Source: Waterburya sp.
GTDB taxonomy: Bacteria; Cyanobacteriota; Cyanobacteriia; Cyanobacteriales; Xenococcaceae
NCBI GenBank assembly: GCA_965218345.1
Contig: CBDCKS010000002.1
Coordinates: forward strand, 1,408,433 to 1,472,432
Length of the DNA stretch: 64,000 nt
Direction: 5' to 3'
Positions 20,301 through 26,880 of this stretch are shown here, piece by piece (positions within the stretch are counted from its first letter, which is position 1; each line of letters begins with the position of its first letter). Position numbers and translations under genes: made by a program. The notes under the pieces were generated by a model. That model did not search any database, was not told the DNA's origin, and was given only the letters and a program-made list of their open reading frames with translations.

Positions 20301-22758
20301 CCAACCTGTAAATAACTATCGAATGACATCGGCAATAAAACAGTCTTGTCTTTGGGGGATGCAAAAAGCGATCGCACTAGAACATCCTGAGTTACTATGT
20401 GTAGGGATAGATCTCGATCGCGATTCTACAAACAACGAAGCAGAGACTATCTTCCAGGAAATCTGCGCGGTATTAAATGAACAGGTTGGCTATAAAAATA
20501 ATCAGCGTTATGTAGCTAGGTTGGTTAGATTTGACTGGGAGACGAGGAGACAAGGAGATAAGGAGACTGGAAGAGAAAACTCTACTGAATTTAATTTGCA
20601 GTTAGAGATTAATGATCCTGGTAAATTGGATAGCTTACAGTGGAAATCAATTAGCCGACAACAGCCTCAAGATCATGAAATAGAAATAGAAGTTAAAGCA
20701 ACTGGTTTAAACTTCCGTGATGTGATGGTTGCTTTAAATTTATATCCCGACGAGACGAAATTCTTGGGCTTAGAATGTGCAGGAATAGTTACCGCATTAG
20801 GTAAAGAAGTAAACGATTTTAAACTTGGAGATGCAGTAATTGCTATTTCAAATAATAGCTTTAGTCGGTATCTTACCGTTAATTCTCTGCTGGCTATCCC
20901 TAAACCAGAATCTCTCAGCTATGAAGAGGCTGCAACTATTCCCGTAACTGTCCTTACTGCCTACTATACTCTTATTTATTTGGCGCGAATACAGCCAGGG
21001 GAAAAAGTCTTAATTCACTCAGCAGCAGGTGGTGTTGGTTTGGCTGCGATACAGATAGCCCAACAGCAAGGCGCAGAAATATTTGCTACTGCCTCAACTC
21101 CCAAATGGGAATTACTTAAGTCAATGGGAGTAAAAAATATTATGAACTCCCGCAGTCTGGATTTTGCTGAGGAAATTGTATCTGCCAGCGATGGTAAAGG
21201 TGTAGACGTGGTGCTTAATTCCTTGTCAGGTGAATTTATCCCTAAAAGTGTGTCCGTGTTAAATGATCGCGGGCATTTTATCGAAATAGGTAAGCAGGGT
21301 ATTTGGTCTAAGCAAGATGTGGCTAAAGTTAAACCAAATATTAATTACTCTATTGTCGATCTGTGGCGAATTACCCAAGATCGTCCTGAATTAATTCAAC
21401 AGATGCTTAGGGAATTGCGATTACGCTTTCGCGTAGCCTACGGATCGGAATTTACCAAAGGGAACTTAAAACCCTTACCCTATACTGTATTCCTCAGCGA
21501 TAAAATTATTGATGCTTTTCGCTATATGCAGCAGGGGAAACACCAGGGGAAAATTATAATCACCCCGTCACCCCGTCACCCCGTCACCCCGTCACCCCAT
21601 CATTTCGACGGCACATATTTAATCACGGGTGGCTTGGGTGCAATTGGTTTAGAGGTAGCCCAATGGTTAACAACCAAAGGAATAAAAAATATTGTTTTAC
21701 TTGGACGTAGCGCAGTAAAACCCGAATTACAGGGCAAGCTGCAAAAAATACAGGGGGATACCCAAGTTAATCTTATTAAAGCAGATATTGCTGATACAAA
21801 TCAACTAGCCCAGGCTTTATCACAAATCGAATCAACACTACCTCCCCTGCGCGGAGTCATTCACTGTGCTGGAGTAACAAGCGATCGCACTATCTTAAAA
21901 CAAGATTGGTCAAGCTTTAGCCAGGTTCTCGCGCCTAAAGTTCAGGGAGCATGGAATTTACACCTTTTAACGCAAAAATATGACTTAGAAAGCTTTATTT
22001 TGTTTTCTTCAGCTAGTTCTTTAGTCGGTTCGCCAGGACAAGCCAATTATTGTGCTGCTAATGCTTTTCTCGATGCTTTAGCTCATGGTCGTCGTAGTTT
22101 AGGATTACCGGCGATCGCTATTAACTGGGGTGCATGGCAAAATACAGGATTAGCAGCTGGTACTGAGATAACAGAAAGTTTAGAACAAAAAGGAATTGGC
22201 AGTATTAAACCCATTGAAGGAATTGAAATATTAGAGCAATTACTATTACATTCTCCAGCACAAATTGGCGTAATTCCGATTGATTGGAATATCTGGAGCA
22301 AAAATAATCCTGTAACATCTTTTTACGATCATTTACTTATTGCTCAAGCTGAATCCATAGCTAATCTCGATTTTAAACAGCAGTTATTAAGTGTAGAAGG
22401 TTCTCAGCGTAAAGCTTTATTAATTGAACAAATTAGTCAGCAAGTAGGAAATATATTAGGAAAAGATATCAAGCAAATTGATTTAGAATTAGGTTTTTCT
22501 GAATTAGGATTAGACTCTTTAAGCTCAGTAGAATTAAGAAATAAACTCCAGTCTGGTTACGATTTAAAATTGTCTTCTACGATTATTTTTGACTATTCTA
22601 ATATAAGTTCTTTAGCTGATTATTTATTGAAAATTATGTTTAATGAAATTAAAAAACAAAGTATTGATATAGATAATGATTTAAACCAAATTAATAATTT
22701 AACAGAAGCAGAAGCAGAATCACTATTAATAGAAGAATTAAAAGATTTTAATTTTTAG
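14350..22758 (+). CDS. Type I polyketide synthase, single fully reducing module with fatty acyl-AMP ligase loading: FAAL-ACP-KS-AT-DH-ER-KR-ACP
   Basis: An uninterrupted 2802-aa ORF. Motifs: TSGSTGKSKGV, GRQKDVMIINGVNYYNHDIE (FAAL type), GGNSL, TACSTS, EAHGTGT, NVGHL, GHSIGE, HAFHS, LQDHCLANKPVLPG, HSAAGGVGLAA, LITGGLGAIG, QANYCAANAF, LGLDSL. No TE/R/C domain is present. An alternative start ATG lies at 14368. Confidence 0.95.
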   Translation: MSRVSSMNQLSEQESANLSISHGDALPSSVLTMNSLSEILVRAAAYETGITIKSDRKTEIFLSYSDLLQEAEAILSGLRQKGLQPQDRVILYLRDPRYFFAGLWGCFLGGFVPIPLSVDLNFNSSKLHQTWELCQSSLIITDSDIKDLEAIALKSLLANEPDSNWHCSQLDDLALLLFTSGSTGKSKGVMLSARNLLASVYGMAKVNNLSQQDVTLNWMPIEHVASLVMFHLTEVYLGCGQIQVKSELILQNPLQWLNLIDRYRVTATWSPNFAYNLVNKKLADAAEHNWDLSCLRWMGNGAEAVVGQTTQRFLELLAPYGLKSSVVSPGYGMSETTSGIAHSNDFYPNMNRQFVQVGAPIPGISLRIVDEKNELVPEGKIGLLQVKGETVTAGYYQQPELNEEIFTADGWFNTGDLGFLSAGRLTITGRQKDVMIINGVNYYNHDIETVVEAIVNVTISYTAACGVKDSNEQEQIAIFFNTNQKEDKLRELINQIRKAVFEQIGVAPAYIIPVTKDAIPKTAIGKIQRSQLGQRFAAGEFNKVAEEVAESFNQRDLSQQELPSNAIEQQLVEVWKEVLNLATVSVNDNFFELGGNSLLLMQVLSKLTPEYNHLSAVTLFQYPTISALANYLNCDRESVAVQQGKRRGELRRQATVNKDVAIIGMSCRFPGANNIKEFWHNLCNGVESISFFKDREILDSGVDAELLNNPNYVKASPILDDIAGFDADFWGYSPKEAQLLDPQQRLFLECAWSSLEDAGYDPFTYKGEIALYGGAATNTYLLNNIYPNRHSIDEQDDLQVMNLSSMGGFQVSTANDKDYLTTRTSYKLNLTGSSVNVQTACSTSLVTVHLACQSLINSECDIALAGGVSVHSPQKMGYLYQEGMILSPDGHCRAFDESASGTIFGSGAGMVVLKLLDKAIEDGDRIYGIVKGSAVNNDGGTKVGYFAPNVDGQTRVVAEALAYADIPPQSVSYIEAHGTGTKLGDPIEIKALSRAYHDDTRKTGYCAVGSVKTNVGHLQMASGIVGLIKTTLCLYHQKIPASLHFNNPNPQIDFECSPFYINTQLQDWKTDNYPRRAGVNSLGIGGTNAHLILEEFTVEKSNKQQLPGYLLTLSAKTETALQELVKSYQDYVRANSPSPLRDICFTSNIGRHHFDYRLGIVARDKQELADKLNQVSIGNQLQHNHKIAFLFAGQGSQYVDMAQQLYDIQPIFRENCDRCLEILQPDYDKALLEVFIDLNENYLAQSGETPRRRKTQGNAHQDRREDAKIGITSLSANGYRQSLINETQYTQPLLFTIEYSLAQLWLSWGIKPDVVMGHSIGEYVAACIAGVFSFEDALKLVSARSKLIQSLPTNGAMLAVFCNQEKIDFVLNKNINIAAYNGSHIVLSGLQADINNIAKKLRLQKLKTQLLNVSHAFHSLLMQPIIEDFEKVAKTINYSLPQIPIVSNLTGELANETVSTPAYWIDHILKPVQFAKSIKYLARQVSIFLEVGTKPTLTGMAQSISDNKLFLHSLNPKHDDWLQILEALSQLYIAGIDINWSEVSKNYNGKKISLPTYPFQRQRHWFDIPKPDIIRQYKNNTLQTTHPLLGKPLSSPLKQTIFQSHLQSNSITWLQDHCLANKPVLPGTAYLEMIIASGVFQFKTNRLTIKDVAIDSPLYIKESYVPEIQLILSPEQNTATCKVYSFDNDNEQWQLNSSGQVLPLETTENIQLEAIKSQFKNLELDVTHYYQQCQQRGINYGKSFQGIKQLWANENEALGLIELPNHLNSKEYHFHPALLDSCLQILFAALPSELSTTTYIPVGLDKLDLYSLPGDKVWSYLELEQDSKYNTGLSAKIQLYNDYGDLIAKLTGLKSQAINSQPRWQNWLYQQQWIQQPLSSKSSLAIKTGTWLIFADSTGMGNKLLTLLELQQQQCRLVTRHIIKDNPEAFQSLIQQHQDLAGVIYLWSLDEIEDWRECESYLYLVQALIQHNDNPPLWFVTRNAQPVNNYRMTSAIKQSCLWGMQKAIALEHPELLCVGIDLDRDSTNNEAETIFQEICAVLNEQVGYKNNQRYVARLVRFDWETRRQGDKETGRENSTEFNLQLEINDPGKLDSLQWKSISRQQPQDHEIEIEVKATGLNFRDVMVALNLYPDETKFLGLECAGIVTALGKEVNDFKLGDAVIAISNNSFSRYLTVNSLLAIPKPESLSYEEAATIPVTVLTAYYTLIYLARIQPGEKVLIHSAAGGVGLAAIQIAQQQGAEIFATASTPKWELLKSMGVKNIMNSRSLDFAEEIVSASDGKGVDVVLNSLSGEFIPKSVSVLNDRGHFIEIGKQGIWSKQDVAKVKPNINYSIVDLWRITQDRPELIQQMLRELRLRFRVAYGSEFTKGNLKPLPYTVFLSDKIIDAFRYMQQGKHQGKIIITPSPRHPVTPSPHHFDGTYLITGGLGAIGLEVAQWLTTKGIKNIVLLGRSAVKPELQGKLQKIQGDTQVNLIKADIADTNQLAQALSQIESTLPPLRGVIHCAGVTSDRTILKQDWSSFSQVLAPKVQGAWNLHLLTQKYDLESFILFSSASSLVGSPGQANYCAANAFLDALAHGRRSLGLPAIAINWGAWQNTGLAAGTEITESLEQKGIGSIKPIEGIEILEQLLLHSPAQIGVIPIDWNIWSKNNPVTSFYDHLLIAQAESIANLDFKQQLLSVEGSQRKALLIEQISQQVGNILGKDIKQIDLELGFSELGLDSLSSVELRNKLQSGYDLKLSSTIIFDYSNISSLADYLLKIMFNEIKKQSIDIDNDLNQINNLTEAEAESLLIEELKDFNF
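14431..15975 (+). other. PKS domain: fatty acyl-AMP ligase (FAAL), approximate bounds
   Basis: Adenylation core motifs LLFTSGSTGKSKGV, YGMSET, WFNTGDLG and GRQKDVMIINGVNYYNHDIE. The N-terminal loading position is followed by a carrier domain. Confidence 0.8.
16040..16250 (+). other. PKS domain: loading ACP (Ser codon 16138-16140)
   Basis: FFELGGNSLLLMQ phosphopantetheine-attachment motif. Confidence 0.8.
16321..17640 (+). other. PKS domain: ketosynthase
   Basis: DVAIIGMSCRFPGA start, active Cys in TACSTS (tgt 16870-16872), and both catalytic His (EAHGTGT, KTNVGHL). Confidence 0.9.
17908..18970 (+). other. PKS domain: acyltransferase, malonyl-type
   Basis: FLFAGQGSQ, GHSIGE (Ser codon 18304-18306) and HAFH (18592-18603). 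It carries an unusual charged insert encoded at about 18075-18155. Confidence 0.85.
19105..19930 (+). other. PKS domain: dehydratase
   Basis: HPLLG... and LQDHCLANKPVLPGTAYLEM (HxxxN/GxxxxP variant). A downstream YHFHPALLDSCLQ motif is also present. Confidence 0.75.
20630..21555 (+). other. PKS domain: enoylreductase
   Basis: MDR-type fold with LIHSAAGGVGLAAIQIAQ NADPH motif. Confidence 0.8.
21561..21598 (+). repeat. Octanucleotide tandem repeat (CACCCCGT) x about 4.75 inside the PKS ER-KR linker
   Basis: Direct reading: caccccgt caccccgt caccccgt caccccgt cacccc. It encodes TPSPRHPVTPSPH. Confidence 0.95.
21600..22200 (+). other. PKS domain: ketoreductase catalytic subdomain (structural subdomain about 19990-20520)
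   Basis: YLITGGLGAIGLEVAQWL Rossmann motif and SSASSLVGSPGQANYCAANAFLD catalytic Ser/Tyr/Asn. Confidence 0.8.
22390..22630 (+). other. PKS domain: terminal ACP (Ser codon 22516-22518), followed by a docking-like acidic tail to 22755
   Basis: LGFSELGLDSLSSVELRNKL motif. The tail is NLTEAEAESLLIEELKDFNF. Confidence 0.85.
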
Positions 22759-23464
22759 AACGCTTAGTAACTTCTGTTGCGATCGCTGCTAATGTTTTTT
22801 CGATAGAACTTTCGTAAATTCCATAAAAGAAAGCCTTTTCTGTAGTAGTTTTAGGTACAATATCAACAGTATGAATAACCATAATTTTATTGGCATTAAT
22901 TTTTTTAATTTGCCAACTTCCTGATAAATGTTTTAAGTCTCCTTTATACAGTTTAAAACTTATCTTTTGTGGCTTTATTTCCGATGACTCGATCTGTACC
23001 GTAAACTCTTCAGTATAAAAGAATAAATCAACCTTGTTTACCTGTTCAAATATTTTGCGATCGCCATCATTTCTAACTATTCTACTTGCAGAAACATTTG
23101 GTAGAAAATTACGAAAATTATTGTAGTCAGTCAATACTTCCCAAGCAGTATTCACATTGCCCGTGGCAATTACTTCTCCGACATATTTCCCTTTGCTGCC
23201 TTTAAGTACTACTTGACCTTGATTTAACTTAGTTTGTTCTTGAGGAGATAATTTTACCTCACTAATAGTGTCTTGAGCTAATACAGTAAGACTCATTCCC
23301 GAACTAATAATTAATAAAGCGATAAGTTTAATTAAAAAGCTATTATTTTTAAACTTGACAAGACAATTAAACATAAAATCGCTCAACCTAAAGTTATTAA
23401 GCACAAATTGAATAGTGTTGTTGCTTACCCTGAATTGAAAAGTAACAACCAACAATCCTAACAA
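22748..23464 (-). CDS. SRPBCC-superfamily (polyketide cyclase/dehydrase and lipid-transport fold) protein with N-terminal signal/anchor
   Basis: The mature part (NVNTAWEVLTDYNNFRNFLPNV...LSGSWQI...) is typical of the cyclase/dehydrase SRPBCC family. The hydrophobic segment is LIKLIALLIISSGMSLTVLAQD. The likely true start is the ATG at 23374 (MFNCLV...). Its 3' end overlaps the PKS 3' end by 11 bp. Confidence 0.75.
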   Translation of the reverse strand: MLGLLVVTFQFRVSNNTIQFVLNNFRLSDFMFNCLVKFKNNSFLIKLIALLIISSGMSLTVLAQDTISEVKLSPQEQTKLNQGQVVLKGSKGKYVGEVIATGNVNTAWEVLTDYNNFRNFLPNVSASRIVRNDGDRKIFEQVNKVDLFFYTEEFTVQIESSEIKPQKISFKLYKGDLKHLSGSWQIKKINANKIMVIHTVDIVPKTTTEKAFFYGIYESSIEKTLAAIATEVTKRSKN

Positions 23465-23491
23465 GTTAGCTACAAATTGGGTTCAAGTAAA

Positions 23492-25195
23492 TTAAGCTAA
23501 TTTATCACTGATCTTGCCTTTGATAGCCGAAATACTAACTACTCTGGGGGAAGCCAAATAATTTTTACCAGTTGGATCGCCAGTACGTCCTGTAAAGTTA
23601 CGATTAGTAGCATAAATACCTGCTTCTTGCTTGCCTAGAACTCCCTTTCCAGAATTAATACAGGCACCACAACCAGACTTGAGAATTTGTACCCCCGCCT
23701 GTCTAAAAATATCAAAATAGCCTAATTCTTCTGCTTGTTGACGAACTAACTGCGAAGCAGGAACAACGTACATCTGCACATTTGGGTTAATACGCTGGTT
23801 GGCTAATACCTTTGCCACTTGAGCTAAGTCTGCTAATTTACCTCCTGTACACGAACCAATAAAAGCCAAAGAAATCGGTGTTTCAGGTAATTCACTAATA
23901 TTTAACACTTGATCAGGTTTTGGAGGACAGGCTATTTGTGGCTCTAAGTTACTCAGATCGAACTGATATATGTGGTCATATTCTGCATCATTGTCACCGA
24001 CTACAGTGTCAAATTCAGATTTACTTTTATCTTTCAAATATTCAACAGTTACAGCATCAGGGGCAATCAAACCACACATTGCGCCACACTCCACCGCCAT
24101 GTTACTTAGAGTCATCCGTTCGTCAATAGATAGCAGTTCGATAATGCTTCCCCGAAACTCTATCACCTTACCAATTGCACCCTGACAGCCAATTTTGCCC
24201 AGAATAAACAGCATGATGTCTTTAGCACTTAGATATTCGGGTAGTGTTCCAGAAAGCTCAAAAACAATTGTCCCTGGAACACGAATCCACATATCTCCTG
24301 TAGCTAAAATATTTGCCATGTCGGTAGTGCCTACACCAGTGGAAAAACTACCAAATGCGCCATAGGTGCAGCTATGGGAATCTGTCCCCGCAATAATCAT
24401 GCCTGGGCGAATTAAACCTTGTTCTGGTAACAAAACATGACAAATTCCTGATGCTTCCCCAGGGGATACCAGGTCAAATAGCTTACAGCCATGTTGATGA
24501 GCAAAATCAATCATATCCTGGTAAAGCTCGATCGCTTGAGGATCTACTCTAATATCATTGACTTGAATAAAATGATCGGCTACCAAAACTACTTTGCTAG
24601 AATCCCAAATCTGGGCATTTTTACCGAAATAATCATGAAAAAGCCGAAATACGGGTGCTGCGATCGCATCATGGGACATCGCCAAATCTACCTTCGCAAA
24701 CACTACCTCTCCAGGCTTTACATAGTCATTCCCCGAAGCTTTAGCTAACATCTTCTCTGCCATTGTCATCGGACAAGGTGCAGTATTGTTCTTGGGGACA
24801 GATATTTTATTTTGTAACCGTTGTTGATTAAAAGCTGTCAATCCTCCTGCTGCGCAAATAGCTCTAACTAGGGGATTATCTTGAGTGTCACCAATTATTG
24901 CCAAATCTAAGCCAATATTAATACTGTTGCGCCAAAAAATTTCGGCGAAAGAATGAGCGCGAACAAGCTTGATTCCCGCAGCTTTGATAGCGACGGGTGC
25001 ATACTCTCGACTCGAACCACAGCCAAAGTTCTCTCCTGCTTCTATTAGATCGTACCCTAACAAAGTATCGATGCCGATTATGTGTTCTAGAACATAACGC
25101 TTTAGATGTTCTGGATCTGGGTTAGTTGTCCGATGTGCAGGAATAATGTCATCGGTGTTTATATCATCATCAAGCTGTAAAACTTTTTCTTTCAT
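23492..25195 (-). CDS. Aconitase-family dehydratase, single polypeptide with LeuD-like swivel domain N-terminal to LeuC/HacA-like catalytic domains
   Basis: The N-terminal 130 aa carry GENFGCGSSREYAP...SFAEIFWRNSINIGL (small-subunit signature). The remainder carries GTDSHSCTYGA, FIGSCTGG and SGCGACINSG (Fe-S ligand regions of large subunits). Confidence 0.85.
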   Translation of the reverse strand: MKEKVLQLDDDINTDDIIPAHRTTNPDPEHLKRYVLEHIIGIDTLLGYDLIEAGENFGCGSSREYAPVAIKAAGIKLVRAHSFAEIFWRNSINIGLDLAIIGDTQDNPLVRAICAAGGLTAFNQQRLQNKISVPKNNTAPCPMTMAEKMLAKASGNDYVKPGEVVFAKVDLAMSHDAIAAPVFRLFHDYFGKNAQIWDSSKVVLVADHFIQVNDIRVDPQAIELYQDMIDFAHQHGCKLFDLVSPGEASGICHVLLPEQGLIRPGMIIAGTDSHSCTYGAFGSFSTGVGTTDMANILATGDMWIRVPGTIVFELSGTLPEYLSAKDIMLFILGKIGCQGAIGKVIEFRGSIIELLSIDERMTLSNMAVECGAMCGLIAPDAVTVEYLKDKSKSEFDTVVGDNDAEYDHIYQFDLSNLEPQIACPPKPDQVLNISELPETPISLAFIGSCTGGKLADLAQVAKVLANQRINPNVQMYVVPASQLVRQQAEELGYFDIFRQAGVQILKSGCGACINSGKGVLGKQEAGIYATNRNFTGRTGDPTGKNYLASPRVVSISAIKGKISDKLA

Positions 25196-26598
25196 CGATC
25201 TCGATCTACGGGTTTTGGGGTGGGTGCTTGTTTGGGTGTAACCTGCATCTTAGAAAAGCTAGCAATAGCGTAGTAAAGCTGTTCGGCTACTTTTTGATTA
25301 GCTGCTTCGTTTAGATGAATGGGATCGATAAAGCTGGGGGAAGGATATTGTTCGCTTAACTCATATAAATCAACAGCTTTTAAATTTTGGGGAAAGGCTT
25401 TAGCTAGCTGCTGTGTTGCTGCGATTAAAGCTGGATATTCATCTCTCATCTGCTCGATATAGGTTCTGCCAAGCTCAGTAGTAATTGTTCCCTCAGCATC
25501 GGTTAGTTGAGCAGGGTTGCGTCCAGTAATTTCAGGCTGCACTGCTACTATTAAAGGAACAAGAGATGCTGTACTAAGATTAAGCATTTGTTTTTGATGT
25601 TCTACATACCGATCTATCCTGGCTTGAAGTTCCTTTTGATTTTGAGGTAAATGTTGAACGAGTTTAGAGGTTTGTTCATCAAGAATAAAATCAGCTTTTT
25701 CGTCAGCTTGTTTACTATTTAGCCAACGTTCCTGAGCTATTTTGACTAAATAACTTTTATCTCTTATTGGCTCAATTAACTGGTTAATATAGCCTTTAAA
25801 CCCAGTTTGCCGATCCTCAAGATAATTTTTGAGCTGAGGAACTTGGGTGGCATCTTCATTGCTGGGAAGCATAAAGTCCTCATAGCCATCCATGACAATA
25901 ATTAGATCTGGCTTATATTTTAAAACTTGTAAAGCCAACTGAGCCAACTCGTTACCCGAAGCATAGCCAGGAACAGCAGCGTTAATAACACGATAATTTC
26001 CAGGCTTGATTTTAGCTGGTTTGGCTGGAGATTTTTGCTTTTTTGGTTTATCAACAGGTAGCAAATTGCTTTTGTATAGCTGAGGCGAAGTTTTTTGCTG
26101 TTGCAGACGCTCTTCTAGACGTTGTTCTAGCTGATCGCTAATCGTAGCTCCATTCTCACGACTGCCGTAGCCAAAGGCAGTTGAGCTACCCAAAATAAAT
26201 ATTCTAATCTCATCCTTGGGTTTAACTAATGGTACAGGATCGCGATCGCGAAATCCTTGGGAATTAATTTGCCAAAACTGGCTTTCTTGATTGCCCACTA
26301 GCTGATAACCAACTGATAAAGCAGGTTTAGCCAGCAGTGCCTGCTGCTCGTTAGTTCGATCTACTTGAGATTCATTTGGGACAAACTTAAGCTGATAAGA
26401 CTGAATTACTTCCGATCCAGTCTTGCCTTGGGCAAATTTATCTCTATTGCCTGAAAGATCGACAAAGATGCGAGTTAACAATTCTAAGATTAGCAAAAAT
26501 AGAGCCAAAGATGCGATCGCCGAAAAGAGCGAAAAACGACGACGTTTCTGCTGACGATGGGAAAAAATTCTTCTTTCTCTGGTTTTAGTCTTGAACAT
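25192..26598 (-). CDS. Membrane-anchored SGNH/GDSL-type hydrolase
   Basis: N-terminal basic segment plus TM (FSLFSAIASLALFLLILELL). SGNH blocks ILGSSTAFGYG (Ser nucleophile), GYASGNE and DPIHLN (D-x-x-H) are present. The stop overlaps the start of the dehydratase gene by 4 bp. Confidence 0.65.
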   Translation of the reverse strand: MFKTKTRERRIFSHRQQKRRRFSLFSAIASLALFLLILELLTRIFVDLSGNRDKFAQGKTGSEVIQSYQLKFVPNESQVDRTNEQQALLAKPALSVGYQLVGNQESQFWQINSQGFRDRDPVPLVKPKDEIRIFILGSSTAFGYGSRENGATISDQLEQRLEERLQQQKTSPQLYKSNLLPVDKPKKQKSPAKPAKIKPGNYRVINAAVPGYASGNELAQLALQVLKYKPDLIIVMDGYEDFMLPSNEDATQVPQLKNYLEDRQTGFKGYINQLIEPIRDKSYLVKIAQERWLNSKQADEKADFILDEQTSKLVQHLPQNQKELQARIDRYVEHQKQMLNLSTASLVPLIVAVQPEITGRNPAQLTDAEGTITTELGRTYIEQMRDEYPALIAATQQLAKAFPQNLKAVDLYELSEQYPSPSFIDPIHLNEAANQKVAEQLYYAIASFSKMQVTPKQAPTPKPVDRDR

Positions 26599-26880
26599 AA
26601 AATTACTTTACTGTCTATATGTATTGATAAACGATAAAAATAGCTAGAAATATACAGGCATCATCGGTCTCTAATTTTATTAGAAATTTTCCTTACCAGT
26701 ATGTTTTGTTAACTCTGTGGTACATTTACAAAGTGAATATCGATCTTAGAAACAAAAACTCACTATCTTATTTTAAGTTCTGATAATTAATCCAGTTTAA
26801 GTAGTTACCGCAAGCGGTACCAAATCCTTGAGCCATAAACAATAAAAATACTTAGTACAGTAAATTACCTTCAATTGTTC

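Noticed and set aside
16916-22301. Short minus-strand ORFs inside the PKS gene (16916-17107, 18765-18983, 22083-22301)
   Set aside because: They are embedded antisense in a continuous 8.4-kb ORF with intact domain motifs. They have no independent support.
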